From assembly GCA_963764165.1 (NCBI GenBank), contig CAVXRD010000003.1, forward strand, positions 256,001-320,000: a stretch of DNA of 64,000 nt. The letters run 5' to 3'. Every line of letters starts with the position of its first letter. Positions within the stretch are counted from its first letter, which is position 1. A model generated the notes under the pieces. The model searched no databases, was not told where the DNA came from, and was given only the letters and a program-made list of their open reading frames with translations. The translations under genes and the position numbers were made by a program. This stretch comes from an uncultured Verrucomicrobiae bacterium. GTDB taxonomy: Bacteria; Verrucomicrobiota; Verrucomicrobiia; Limisphaerales; Palsa-1400. This document shows, in pieces, positions 10,801 through 21,716 of the stretch.

Positions 10801-11303
10801 AATCGCCTGAGCGCCTGCTCGACGAAGTCACCTTGTTCCTCCATCAGGTCGTCTCGCAATTGCCAGAGGAAAAGCAGCGGATGCTCGAAAAAGCCCGCAG
10901 CCGCGATGCCGCGATGGAGGGCAAACGCATTCTCATCGTTGAGGATGACATTCGAAATATCTTCGCCCTGACCTCGCTCCTTGAGCCAAAAGGGGTCGCG
11001 ATAGAAGTGAGCCGCAACGGCCGGGAAGCGCTGCAAGCGCTTGAACGGACAGACGGCAATGAGGGAAAACGAATCGATCTCGTGCTCATGGACATCATGA
11101 TGCCCGAAATGAACGGCATCGACGCCATGCGCGCCATCCGCAAGAATCAAAAATGGAAGGATTTGCCGATCATCGCGCTGACGGCCAAGGCGATGCGTGA
11201 AGACCAGGAGAAATGCATTGAAGCCGGCGCCAATGATTATCTGCCCAAGCCAATTGATGTGGACAAACTCGTCTCGCTGATCCGCATCTGGATGCCCCGA
11301 TGA
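7884..11303 (+). CDS. Membrane hybrid histidine kinase: CHASE3-GAF-coiled coil-HisKA-HATPase-3xREC
   Basis: Two TM helices, DAETGQRGYLLTG (CHASE3), MSHELRTPLN, GGTGLGL, three receiver domains. Confidence 0.95.
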   Translation: MTNGSSNDVGKVKSKSHLLGGIFAAGALLLLASMLITFRAGHVSIEAQRKMDAQLKVLTQIKQWESTVKDAETGQRGYLLTGEDRYLQPYLNALTNLAIEASALRQMVADGELSGGEMSRTADLIQLKLSELAETLQARKQSGLEAALAIVKTDKGKQTMDQIRASCDDLIQMAQQKYDNASAQADDVNFWRTVLFVVVTILNLGFFAWAFSRISRQEWLQLGHSKLNENVVGDAQLEVMTNKALAFLAEYLHAKVGTIFVEDGGVFRRTASYALARSHGLPDKFEYGEGLIGQAAKDKRAFVVHNIRENHLPVTTGLGTSQPRTLIVAPLKADSVVNAVVELGFSNVAPGGALDLLERVSESLGMAVRSAQYRTRLQELLEETQRQGEELQSQSEELRVSNEELAEQSRALKESHARLEQQQIELEQTNSQLEEQTQMLEAQRSDLVQAKEELENQARLVEQASRYKSDFLANMSHELRTPLNSSLILAKLLADNRGGNLTAEQIKYANTIHSAGHDLLNLINDVLDLAKVEAGKMDLKTESVLVADLLESLRGMFEPMCAAKKLTLRCTIDPTAPESLETDRRRLEQVLKNLLSNAVKFTEKGEVGLDVSRAQNRAVAFAVRDTGIGIAQNQQKIIFEPFRQVDPTPDRKYGGTGLGLSISRELVRLMGGTMTVRSEVDRGSVFTLILPEKYIEPKGGGAASANVVTAVNPSQSYYATPPRPAPARQQKPQLPDDRETLGGGDRVILIVEDDASFAEILRDLAHEMQFQALIGQSAEQALILARQFKPNAVILDIGLPDNSGMFVLERLKADPRTRHIPVHVVSANDYSQPALAMGAVGYMLKPVKRDQLVEAFQKLEIKLTQKLRRVLLVEDDAAQLDSLKELLGSREVETVGARTARECLEKLKEATFDCMVLDLSLPDATGFSLLETLSAEESYSFPPVIIYTGKELTDDEEQKLRKYSKSIIIKGAKSPERLLDEVTLFLHQVVSQLPEEKQRMLEKARSRDAAMEGKRILIVEDDIRNIFALTSLLEPKGVAIEVSRNGREALQALERTDGNEGKRIDLVLMDIMMPEMNGIDAMRAIRKNQKWKDLPIIALTAKAMREDQEKCIEAGANDYLPKPIDVDKLVSLIRIWMPR

Positions 11304-12133
11304 AGAGCGCGGCAGTTGAATGCGAAGACATCGAATTGCGTCTCTTATTGGAGGCGATTTTCCGAAGGTACCATTATGACTTTCGGAATTATTCGATGGC
11401 TTCCGTGAAACGTCGGCTGGCGCAGGCCAAAGACCGATTCCAGTGCGAAAGCTTTTCACAGCTTCAGGACAAAGTCCTTCATGACGAAACGATGCTGCCG
11501 CAGCTTATCAATTACTTGACAGTCCCGGTGAGCGAGATGTTCCGAGACCCGTCCTATTTCCGGTTCCTGCGCCACGATGTCATGCCGCACCTGCGCACGT
11601 ACCCGTCGTTAAAGGTGTGGATCGCCGGGTGCAGCACGGGAGAGGAGCTTTACTCCCTGGCCATTCTTTTCCGGGAGGAGAAGCTGGAAAACCGCACATT
11701 GTTTTACGCCACCGACATCAACGTCCGATCCCTGGAGAAAGCGCAGGCTGGTGTTTATGAACTGGATCGCATCGCGCAATTCACCAGGAACCACCGTGAT
11801 TCCGGATCGAAAACATCCCTTTCGGAATATTACACGGTTGCTTACAACGCGGCGATTTTCGACAAGAGCCTGCGCGAGCGGGCCGTTTTTTCCGACCATA
11901 GCCTTGTGTCGGATTCCGTGTTCGCGGAGGTCCAATTGGTTTCCTGCCGGAATGTGCTGATTTATTTCAACCGTCCGCTGCAGGATCGAGCGATGGGATT
12001 ATTCAAGGATTCGCTTGTGCGGAAGGGATTTCTCGGGCTGGGATCACGCGAGAGCATGCGATTTTCTTCGCACGCAAAATGTTTTACGGATTTTTCCCGG
12101 GAACTGCGCATTTACCAAAAGGAGACGGATTGA
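11300..12133 (+). CDS. cheR: Protein-glutamate O-methyltransferase CheR family
   Basis: VSEMFRDP, WIAGCSTGEELYS, CRNVLIYF motifs; ATGA overlap with kinase. Confidence 0.95.
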   Translation: MKSAAVECEDIELRLLLEAIFRRYHYDFRNYSMASVKRRLAQAKDRFQCESFSQLQDKVLHDETMLPQLINYLTVPVSEMFRDPSYFRFLRHDVMPHLRTYPSLKVWIAGCSTGEELYSLAILFREEKLENRTLFYATDINVRSLEKAQAGVYELDRIAQFTRNHRDSGSKTSLSEYYTVAYNAAIFDKSLRERAVFSDHSLVSDSVFAEVQLVSCRNVLIYFNRPLQDRAMGLFKDSLVRKGFLGLGSRESMRFSSHAKCFTDFSRELRIYQKETD

Positions 12134-12735
12134 GCGCCCGCGCGAAACCAGAAGCCATTGTGATTGGCGCGTCGGCTGGCGCAATAAATGTGCTGTCAAC
12201 CATCCTGCCCCATTTGGGGCCGGACTTTCCCCTGCCCGTCTTTGTGGTGGTGCATATTCCCCCCAACACGCGAAGCATTCTGCCGGAAATTTTTGGCTCC
12301 AAATGCCGGAGCCGAATCAAGGAGGCGGAGGACAAAGAGGCGATTGAACCGGGCGTGGTTTATTTCGCGCCGCCGGATTATCATTTGCTGGTGGAATCGA
12401 ATGGCTCGCTTTCGCTCTCGAGCGATGAACAGGAGATTTTTTCGCGCCCGGCCATTAACGTGCTGTTTGAGTCCGCCGTGGACGCTTACGGCGCGGGATT
12501 GGTGGGAGTCTTATTGACTGGCGCAAGCCACGACGGCGCCCGCGGGGTTCGAGCTATTCTCGATGCAGGCGGGCAGGTCGTCATACAGGACCCGGAGAGC
12601 GCCGAAGCCCGCGCCATGCCGGAAGCTGCGCTGGCGGTCTGCCCGGAGATCAAGCCGATGGCGCTTGAGGGAATTGGCCCGTTTCTCGCCGGGCTCGAGA
12701 CCGAGGCAAAGTCCAATGCAAATGAAGCCTGTTAA
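12130..12735 (+). CDS. cheB: CheB-type methylesterase (catalytic domain only)
   Basis: GASAG (Ser), VVH (His), GASHDG (Asp) triad; TTG start overlapping cheR stop; no receiver domain. Confidence 0.9.
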   Translation: MSARAKPEAIVIGASAGAINVLSTILPHLGPDFPLPVFVVVHIPPNTRSILPEIFGSKCRSRIKEAEDKEAIEPGVVYFAPPDYHLLVESNGSLSLSSDEQEIFSRPAINVLFESAVDAYGAGLVGVLLTGASHDGARGVRAILDAGGQVVIQDPESAEARAMPEAALAVCPEIKPMALEGIGPFLAGLETEAKSNANEAC

Positions 12736-13933
12736 ATTTCTTCTTGTTGACGACTTGGAGGCCAACCTGGACGCTCTGGCGGGATTGCTGGAGCGCGACG
12801 GGCTGGAATTGCTGCGCGCGCGTTCAGGCAAGGAGGCGCTGGAGCTTCTTTTCACCAACGATATTGCCCTCGCCTTTCTCGATGTGCAGATGCCGGGAAT
12901 GAACGGCTTTGAGCTGGCGGAAATGATGCGCGGCACCGCGAAAACGAAACGCGTTCCAATCATATTCCTAACAGCGGGATTGAATGACCAGGAACGGCGG
13001 TTCCGCGGGTATGACGCGGGCGCGGTGGATTTTCTCGGCAAGCCAATTGAGCCGCACATTTTGCAAAGCAAAGCCAATGTCTTTTTTGAACTGGCCCGCC
13101 AGCGGCACGAACTGCAGGCCATCGCCGAAGAGAAAGCCGTCCTGATAACATCGCTGGGAGAGGCGCAGGAGAAATTGCAGCGCCACGCCACGGAACTCGA
13201 CCAGCGTGTCCGCGAGCGCACCGCCTCACTGGAGGAAACGAATAATCATCTCGAAGCGTTCTGTTATACAATTGCGCATGATCTGCGGGCTCCGTTGCGC
13301 GCGCAAAACAGTTTTGCCCATCTCTTGATTGAGGACTTTGGCGAAGTCCTTGGCGAAACAGGCAGGGACCTTGCGCAACGAATTCAAGCTGCGGCGGAAC
13401 GCCAGGAAAACCTCATCAACGATCTGCTGACCTACTCGCGCATCAGCCGCCACGATATTCCCATGGCGGCGGTCAACTTGTGCAAGGCTGTAATGGCGGC
13501 CTCGGAGGATACGGCCTTCCTTATCCGGGAAGCCGGCGCGCACACGGAAGTGGGATCGTGTGATTTTGAGGTGCGCGCGCACGAAACAACCCTCGTTACC
13601 GCCATAAGCAATCTTCTTTCCAACGCGCTCAAATTCAAGCGTCCGAGCGTGGCGCCCCGCGTCAAATTCGAGGCCGAAGGCCGCGGCCAATTTGTCCGGC
13701 TCTGGGTCATCGACAATGGGATCGGCATTGCGCCGCAGTATTTCGAGACGATTTTCGGGGTTTTCGCGCGCCTGCACAAAGTCGGGCAATATGCTGGCAC
13801 CGGCGTCGGGCTTGCCATTGTCAAAAAGGCTATTGAGCGCATGGGCGGACAAGTTGGACTGGAGTCGGTTGAGGGAAGCGGCAGCCGATTCTGGATTGAG
13901 TTGGAGCGAGCGGGAAGCTTGGATCCCAAATAG
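12716..13933 (+). CDS. REC-histidine kinase hybrid
   Basis: LLVDD..DVQMP, IAHDLRAPLR, GTGVGL. Confidence 0.92.
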   Translation: MQMKPVKFLLVDDLEANLDALAGLLERDGLELLRARSGKEALELLFTNDIALAFLDVQMPGMNGFELAEMMRGTAKTKRVPIIFLTAGLNDQERRFRGYDAGAVDFLGKPIEPHILQSKANVFFELARQRHELQAIAEEKAVLITSLGEAQEKLQRHATELDQRVRERTASLEETNNHLEAFCYTIAHDLRAPLRAQNSFAHLLIEDFGEVLGETGRDLAQRIQAAAERQENLINDLLTYSRISRHDIPMAAVNLCKAVMAASEDTAFLIREAGAHTEVGSCDFEVRAHETTLVTAISNLLSNALKFKRPSVAPRVKFEAEGRGQFVRLWVIDNGIGIAPQYFETIFGVFARLHKVGQYAGTGVGLAIVKKAIERMGGQVGLESVEGSGSRFWIELERAGSLDPK

Positions 13934-13954
13934 CGCCCTTCGCCGCAGGAAGCG

Positions 13955-14356
13955 TCAGTTGGCCTTCTTCAAAAAGTCGACAATCTCCGCGTTTTGAGGA
14001 GTCTTCTTGAAATATTTATCGACGTGAAGTTCCGAGGCGCGCTTCAAATCGCGCGGGTCGTCCGAAGAACTGAGAATCACAACAGGGAGTTTTTCAAATC
14101 CCTCCGCGTTTTTCACCCACTCGAGAACTTCAAATCCAGATCGGCGAGGCATCTTCAAATCAAGCACCAGCAAGTCCGGCAGCGGATGTTTCTGACGATC
14201 GGCAAATTCTCCATCCCCGCGAAGCCACTCGATGGCGTATTCGCCATCGTCCACACACCATAATTTGTCACCCACGGCCGCCCGCTTCAGGGCGATTTTC
14301 AAAATAAAGACATCGTCAGGATTATCTTCGGCGTAAAGAATGTTTTTTGCGCTCAT
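13955..14356 (-). CDS. Single-domain response regulator
   Basis: ILYAEDNPDD, LDLKMP, ILSSS. Confidence 0.92.
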   Translation of the reverse strand: MSAKNILYAEDNPDDVFILKIALKRAAVGDKLWCVDDGEYAIEWLRGDGEFADRQKHPLPDLLVLDLKMPRRSGFEVLEWVKNAEGFEKLPVVILSSSDDPRDLKRASELHVDKYFKKTPQNAEIVDFLKKAN

Positions 14357-14522
14357 CCAAGCAAAAAGTTATAAATTCATCCCCGGGCGGGCTCGTTTCC
14401 GGCGCGGCGGCTTTACTCTCCGCGTTTTAGCTGGAGAAAACGCTCTGCCCTCCAACGAATTATGGCGTAACATGACATTTTCGAGATGGATAGTCAAATG
14501 GAGGGAATAGCCCAGAAGGCTA

Positions 14523-14586
14523 GAACCCATCTCATAAATAGGGGACAGGCGCCCATCTCCTATTCCCCTATTTATGAGATGGGTTC
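14523..14586. repeat. Perfect 23-bp inverted repeat with 18-nt spacer (mini-MITE or long terminator stem)
   Basis: GAACCCATCTCATAAATAGGGGA (14523-14545) / TCCCCTATTTATGAGATGGGTTC (14564-14586). Confidence 0.85.
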
Positions 14587-14609
14587 CAGTTTCCAGGAGT
14601 GAAACAGCC

Positions 14610-16229
<1,620 letters not shown>

Positions 16230-16973
16230 TTATTTTTCCGCGGCTTTTTTCAGCAGCATTTCGACGCGTTTGACGTCAGCCGGGACATCCACCCCAACGC
16301 TGTCGTAGCTGACCTTGACCACCGCGATGCCAATGCCATTTTCCAAAGCGCGCAGTTGCTCCAGTTTTTCCGCCTGTTCCAGCGGCGATACCGGAAAACC
16401 CACAAGCCGCAAAAGCGTCTCGCGCCGGTAACCGTAAATTCCCAAGTGCTTCAAAAACGGAAACGCCGCCAACTGCTTTTCGCCCGTGGCGGCGTCGCGG
16501 ACATACGGAATCGTACGCCGGGAAAAATATAAGGCACGGCCCGTCGCATTGACAACGACTTTCACAACGTTTGGGCTTTCCAGCTCAGCGAGCGTCTCAA
16601 TTGGCGTCGCGGCGGTCGACATTTCCTCGGTGTTCAAGGCCTCCGCCACCGCGTCAATCACCCGCGGGTCAATCAGCGGCTCGTCGCCCTGGATATTGAT
16701 GATCGCATCGCATTGGCAATTCCTGGCTACCTCCGCGATGCGGTCGGTGCCGCTCGGATGATCGGGGCCCGTCAATTCCGTCCGGCAGAAACCTTGCGTC
16801 ACCTCCATGATCCTCACGTCATCCGTCGCGACGATGATTTCACGGAGCGAATGCGCTTTCTGGCACTGCTCGACAACGTGCTGAATGAGCGGCTTGCCAG
16901 CGATCAACGCCAGCGGTTTGCCGGGAAATCGGGAAGAGCCGTAGCGCGCCGGAATAATGCCAAAGATTTTCAT
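16230..16973 (-). CDS. kdsB: 3-deoxy-manno-octulosonate cytidylyltransferase
   Basis: IPARYGSSRFPGKPL, SGTDR, QGDEP, EKLEQLR. Confidence 0.97.
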   Translation of the reverse strand: MKIFGIIPARYGSSRFPGKPLALIAGKPLIQHVVEQCQKAHSLREIIVATDDVRIMEVTQGFCRTELTGPDHPSGTDRIAEVARNCQCDAIINIQGDEPLIDPRVIDAVAEALNTEEMSTAATPIETLAELESPNVVKVVVNATGRALYFSRRTIPYVRDAATGEKQLAAFPFLKHLGIYGYRRETLLRLVGFPVSPLEQAEKLEQLRALENGIGIAVVKVSYDSVGVDVPADVKRVEMLLKKAAEK

Positions 16974-17521
16974 AGGTCGTTCAAAATCCATTTTGCCGCG
17001 CCGGCCAGATCGTCCACCACAACCGCAGAAGCCAGAGTTTCTGGATGCGCGCTTTCCAATTTGCGGCCATAGCCGGTGCGCACCAGCAGGCTTTTCTTCA
17101 CGCCGGCGTTCCAGCCGCACTCGAGGTCGATGAGTTTGTCGCCAATCATGTAACTGCCGGCCAGATCAAGACCGAATTCGTCGCGCGCGTCAAAAAGAAA
17201 TTGCGGGGAAGGCTTGCGCCCCCGGCTCGGCGCGCCCGGCGCCTCGGGCGCGATGTAAATCTTCTCAAATCGGACGCCGGACGCCAAAAACAATTCCACC
17301 AAGCGCGCATTCACCCGCTCGACCTCCGCCAGCGTAAAATAGCCGCGCCCGACGCCTGATTGATTGGAAACAATGATGAGCGCGAAGCCTGCCTTTTGCA
17401 ACGACAGCAAAGCAGCCGCCCCATCAGGGTAAGGCACGACATTGGCCGGGTCCGACAAATACTCCTTCTCTTCGATCAGAGTTCCATCCCGGTCTAAAAA
17501 AACTGCGCGGCGCAATTTCAA
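16970..17521 (-). CDS. gmhB: HAD-IIIA D,D-heptose 1,7-bisphosphate phosphatase-like protein
   Basis: FLDRDGTL, SNQSGVGRG, RKP, MIGD; adjacent to kdsB; TTG start estimated. Confidence 0.85.
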   Translation of the reverse strand: MKLRRAVFLDRDGTLIEEKEYLSDPANVVPYPDGAAALLSLQKAGFALIIVSNQSGVGRGYFTLAEVERVNARLVELFLASGVRFEKIYIAPEAPGAPSRGRKPSPQFLFDARDEFGLDLAGSYMIGDKLIDLECGWNAGVKKSLLVRTGYGRKLESAHPETLASAVVVDDLAGAAKWILNDL

Positions 17522-17667
17522 GTGACCATTATACACAATGTTCCAAGGATTTCCGCAAGCCCGCATCGGACGCCAGCCCCCATTGATCTTCTGCCCCGCG
17601 TCGTCAATTTGCCCACCCGGACAAAACGCGCTTGTCGGCGGCAAGTTTCCCCGTTAATTTACGCCGT

Positions 17668-17922
17668 ATGAGCGCGGTTGAACTCGCAGTCAAGAAAGTC
17701 AGGAAATTGTCTGCTCCGCAGGCGCGGGAATTGTTGGGCTGGCTGGAGAAGCATCAGGGCAATGGAAAGCCTGTCAAACGGCGGCGCCAGCCTTCGTTGC
17801 GCAAAGGCACGGCCCGCCAGCGCAAGGAAATACTAAAGGCGTGGCTCGAATCAGTGCGCGGAAAGACCGATTGGGAGCCGCCTCGAATGTCCGACGAGTT
17901 GGTCAAACCATTTCGGCTGTGA
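17668..17922 (+). CDS. Putative antitoxin (small basic protein)
   Basis: 84-aa ORF whose stop overlaps the GTG start of a PIN toxin (GTGA). Confidence 0.7.
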   Translation: MSAVELAVKKVRKLSAPQARELLGWLEKHQGNGKPVKRRRQPSLRKGTARQRKEILKAWLESVRGKTDWEPPRMSDELVKPFRL

Positions 17923-18326
17923 ACTTCGTGCTGGACACGAATGCCGTTAGTGAAACGAGAAAATCACGGCCCAACCCCGGGCTTCTCGACTGGTTGCGCG
18001 CCCAAGATATTGCCCACCTTTTCATCACCTCCATTTCATTGGGTGAAATATGGAATGGTCTTCATTGCTTGCCACTTGCCCATTCCGACTACGAGAACAT
18101 CAAGCAATTTGCGGATAACCTGCCGAAGATCTACCGCGTATTAAGCTTTGATCTGCGAGCAGCGGCAATATGGGGAGAATTAACCGCGAAGCCAAGCGGC
18201 GGCCCGTTGCCGTTGCGCGATTCATTTATCGGAGCAATCGCCCGTTCGCGTGGCTTCCGGGTCGTTTCTCGAGACGTCGCCCCATTCGAGCGCATGGGCT
18301 GCAAAGTGCTTAACCCGTGGCACTGA
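17919..18326 (+). CDS. vapC: PIN-domain VapC-family toxin
   Basis: FVLDTNAVSE, SLGEI, DSFIGAIA, SRD, LNPW. Confidence 0.9.
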   Translation: MNFVLDTNAVSETRKSRPNPGLLDWLRAQDIAHLFITSISLGEIWNGLHCLPLAHSDYENIKQFADNLPKIYRVLSFDLRAAAIWGELTAKPSGGPLPLRDSFIGAIARSRGFRVVSRDVAPFERMGCKVLNPWH

Positions 18327-18455
18327 GCGACGGATTTTTCCATGGTGGCCTTACCAGTCTTCCAACCCAACATCCTGCATCCAAACGCCTTTCCTGCGTC
18401 ACACAATCGTCACAAAAAACCTGTTTACCGGGCGGACATCCAAGGGTAAATAGAC

Positions 18456-19091
18456 GTGGCTATGTTTTCTCTGCAACAACTGCTCGGCAAGCAGGACAAA
18501 TTCTTTGATCTCCTGGAAGCGGCCGCGCAGGAGGCGCGGTCCAGCGTCGAGGCCCTTGTCAAATTGATAGCCAACCCGAACCAGACGACGCTCGCTTACG
18601 AAGTCGTGCAGCCGCGCCGGAAGGAAAAAGAAATCCGCGCCCAGATCAGCGAAGCCGTTTACACCACTTTCGTCACAGCGCTGGAGCGGGAGGACATTGA
18701 GAGCCTGGCCAACGCGCTTTACAAGATTCCCAAGACAGTTGAGAAATTCGGCGGCCGTTTCATTCTCTCGCCCCAGCACTTGCAGGGCGTCGATTTCACC
18801 AGGCAGGCCAACCTGCTGGCCCAAGCGACTGAAACCGTGGTCGAGATGGTCAAATGCTTGCGCCGCGGCGGAAAGCTCGAGGAAGTCCGCAGTCTGAACG
18901 ATAAAATGCAATACCTCGAAGGCGAAGCGGATAAAACCATCACCGAACTTTTGAAAGACCTCTACTCCGGCAAACGCGACCCGATCACAGTCGTCGTTCA
19001 TAAAGATCTTTATGAGCTGCTGGAGAAAGTCATTGATCGCTGCCGCGACGTCGGCAACGTGATTTCCAATATAGCGCTCAAGAACTCCTGA
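18456..19091 (+). CDS. DUF47 / PhoU-like phosphate transport regulator
   Basis: FVTALEREDI, LEGEADK, IDRCRDV; upstream of a PiT gene. Confidence 0.9.
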   Translation: MAMFSLQQLLGKQDKFFDLLEAAAQEARSSVEALVKLIANPNQTTLAYEVVQPRRKEKEIRAQISEAVYTTFVTALEREDIESLANALYKIPKTVEKFGGRFILSPQHLQGVDFTRQANLLAQATETVVEMVKCLRRGGKLEEVRSLNDKMQYLEGEADKTITELLKDLYSGKRDPITVVVHKDLYELLEKVIDRCRDVGNVISNIALKNS

Positions 19092-19097
19092 CACGCC

Positions 19098-20198
19098 ATG
19101 ACGCTCATCGTGACGGTCATCGTGGTCGCATTGGCCTTCGAGTATATCAATGGTTTCCATGATACGGCCAATTCCATCGCCACCGTCGTTTCCACCAAGG
19201 TTCTGACACCGCGCCAGGCCGTCATGCTGGCGGCTGGGACGAATCTTTTTGGCGCGCTGCTGGGAACTGCGGTTGCGGCGACCATCACGAGTGGCCTGAT
19301 TGATACCAAGCTGATCGCGGTGGGATCGGATATCATTGTGTGCGCGCTGCTCGGGGCGATCGGATGGAATTTGCTGACGTGGTGGCAAGGATTGCCCTCC
19401 AGTTCCAGCCACGCACTCATTGGTGGATTATGCGGCGCGGCCTTCGCGGCCGCTCATCACGACTGGCACGTCATCATCTGGTCCCAGCCAAGCGCGGCCC
19501 ACTGGTATGCGGGAAAGGGCCTGGTCTGGAAAGTGATCGTGCCGATGTTCATTTCGCCCGTCCTCGGTTTTGTCGGTGGCTTCGTGCTCATGGCGTTGCT
19601 TTACATTTCGCTCCATAATAAACGGCCATCTGGAATAAACGCCTTCTTCGGCAAGGCCCAGATAGTCAGCGCCGGGGCCATGGGAATCATGCACGGAACG
19701 AATGACGCCCAAAAAACGATGGGCATCATTGCGATGGCCCTGCTTGCCGCCACCAAAGCCGGAACGTTCGATCATCTGCCGGCATTGTTGGAGTTCCTTC
19801 GCATGCCGGAACCCGCGGCGGGCAAGGCGCTCGTTATCCCGACGTGGATTAAGGTGCTTTGCGCGATGACAATGGCCTCCGGAACGGCCGTCGGCGGGTG
19901 GCGCATCATCAAAACGATGGGTCACAAGATGGTCAAATTGCACCCGATTAACGGATTCGCGGCGGAAGCCAGCTCCGCTACCGTCATCGGCCTTGCGTCG
20001 TTGCTGGGCATTCCGGTTTCGACAACTCACAATATCGCTGCCGCGATCATGGGCGTCGGCTCGGCCAAAAGATTTAACGCCATCAAATGGACGGTTGTCG
20101 AACGGATGGTCTGGGCCTGGATTCTCACCCTGCCCGCTTCCGGCGGGCTTGCCTACGCGTTGGTGCGGTTCGGACAGGGCATGGGCTGGATTTCGTAA
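19098..20198 (+). CDS. pit: Inorganic phosphate transporter, PiT family
   Basis: NGFHDTANSIAT, PSSSSHAL, HGTNDAQK, PVSTTH. Confidence 0.95.
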   Translation: MTLIVTVIVVALAFEYINGFHDTANSIATVVSTKVLTPRQAVMLAAGTNLFGALLGTAVAATITSGLIDTKLIAVGSDIIVCALLGAIGWNLLTWWQGLPSSSSHALIGGLCGAAFAAAHHDWHVIIWSQPSAAHWYAGKGLVWKVIVPMFISPVLGFVGGFVLMALLYISLHNKRPSGINAFFGKAQIVSAGAMGIMHGTNDAQKTMGIIAMALLAATKAGTFDHLPALLEFLRMPEPAAGKALVIPTWIKVLCAMTMASGTAVGGWRIIKTMGHKMVKLHPINGFAAEASSATVIGLASLLGIPVSTTHNIAAAIMGVGSAKRFNAIKWTVVERMVWAWILTLPASGGLAYALVRFGQGMGWIS

Positions 20199-20207
20199 TT
20201 TGCCAGT

Positions 20208-21626
20208 TTACGGCAGCCCTGCCAATTCCGCCGCAGGATAAGTCCATATTTCCGCCAGCGTCGGATGGTAATGCGGCATCATGGCCAATTCGCGGACCGT
20301 CATGCGCTGGTGCATCGCGGCGATGATTTCATGGATTAATTCCCCGCCTTGCGGGCCAACGCATGTGCCGCCGAGAATCTCGCCTGAAACGGGATCGGCC
20401 ACCAATTTCACAAAACCATCCTTCGCTTCCATGATCAGTGATTTCCCGTGATCGTTGAACGGATAACTGGCCGCGCGATGTGGAATTTTGCGCTCGCGCG
20501 CGGCTTTTTCCGACAGGCCGACCATGGCCGCTTGAGGATCGGAAAAGACAATGCTCGTCAGCAGGCGGTAATCGATTTTTCGCGGCTTTCTGGGATGCGC
20601 AATATTGTGCGCCGCAATCTCCCCCTGCTCCACCGCGATGTGGACAATCTGATAAGGCCCGGTGCAATCTCCCGCCGCGTAGATATGCCTCGCGCTCGTT
20701 TGCATTGCCGCATTGGTCACGATGCGGCCATTATCCAACTCCACGCCCGCCTTGTCCAAATCCAACCCCGTGGTCGCAGGCACACGCCCGAAGGCGTGCA
20801 AAATTTCGTCTGCCATCACCACATGCGGTTTGTCGCCACACAGGATTGAGACGCCCTTTTTGCGTCCCTTGCGAAACGCCTCCGTGATGGTCGCGGATTT
20901 CCATATTTCTACCCCGTCACGTTTCAAGACCGTCTCGACAACCTCCGCCGCCTCCGCATCAAATTCCTTCAGAATCTGCGCGCCGCGAATAATCAAGGTG
21001 ATTTTAACCCCGAACCGGGCGAGGAACTGTGTCAATTCGACAGCCACCGGTCCGCCGCCAAGAACGATAATGGAGCGGGGCAATTTTTTGAGCGAGAGAA
21101 TGTCATCGCTGGTCAGGAAACCTGTCTCCCACAAGTGCGGCACCATCGCCGGCGCCATCACCGAGCCGCCGGAAATGACAAAATGGTTCGACTTGACCAC
21201 CTTCGGCACGGTGCCCTCCACCGCGGTCAGCGCCACCGTGTGGGGATCCAGAAAACTGGCGTTGGCGCGGAGGAATTTGAATTTGCCGGAGTTCAGCCCA
21301 TCGCGGCGATACTGTGCGAAATCGTCAATCATCGCTTTTTTCCGCGCCATCACGGCCTGGAAATCGAAGCCCACTTTGGAAACCTTGATCCCCCACGTCT
21401 TCGCCATTTTCGCGAGATGCAAAACCTCCGCCGTATAGAGCAGCGCCTTGCTCGGCATGCACCCGCGAAGAATGCAAAGCCCACCGACCTCCGCCCCGCC
21501 CTCAATTACGACTGTCTTCAACCCCGCCGCCGCGGCAGTTCGCGCAGCCGCGTAACCCGCGCTGCCCCCGCCAATCACAGCCACGTCAAAATGACTCTCT
21601 CCGCCCGCCGACGCTTTTTTGCTCAT
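20208..21626 (-). CDS. Class I pyridine nucleotide-disulfide oxidoreductase (dihydrolipoamide dehydrogenase-like)
   Basis: GGGSAG, GGLCILRGCMPSK redox disulfide, AAGD, HPTLAE. Confidence 0.9.
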   Translation of the reverse strand: MSKKASAGGESHFDVAVIGGGSAGYAAARTAAAAGLKTVVIEGGAEVGGLCILRGCMPSKALLYTAEVLHLAKMAKTWGIKVSKVGFDFQAVMARKKAMIDDFAQYRRDGLNSGKFKFLRANASFLDPHTVALTAVEGTVPKVVKSNHFVISGGSVMAPAMVPHLWETGFLTSDDILSLKKLPRSIIVLGGGPVAVELTQFLARFGVKITLIIRGAQILKEFDAEAAEVVETVLKRDGVEIWKSATITEAFRKGRKKGVSILCGDKPHVVMADEILHAFGRVPATTGLDLDKAGVELDNGRIVTNAAMQTSARHIYAAGDCTGPYQIVHIAVEQGEIAAHNIAHPRKPRKIDYRLLTSIVFSDPQAAMVGLSEKAARERKIPHRAASYPFNDHGKSLIMEAKDGFVKLVADPVSGEILGGTCVGPQGGELIHEIIAAMHQRMTVRELAMMPHYHPTLAEIWTYPAAELAGLP

Positions 21627-21716
21627 CCGCACCAACATAGGGGTGAATCTCGATGAATTCGACGCGAAACTAAATCCAGCCGTTTCTCGACCCCGCACCA
21701 AGTCATAGAGAATCGC

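Noticed and set aside
20208..21626. Mercuric reductase MerA
   Set aside because: No C-terminal Cys-Cys pair, no N-terminal metal-binding domain and no mer genes; it has the HPTLAE motif instead.
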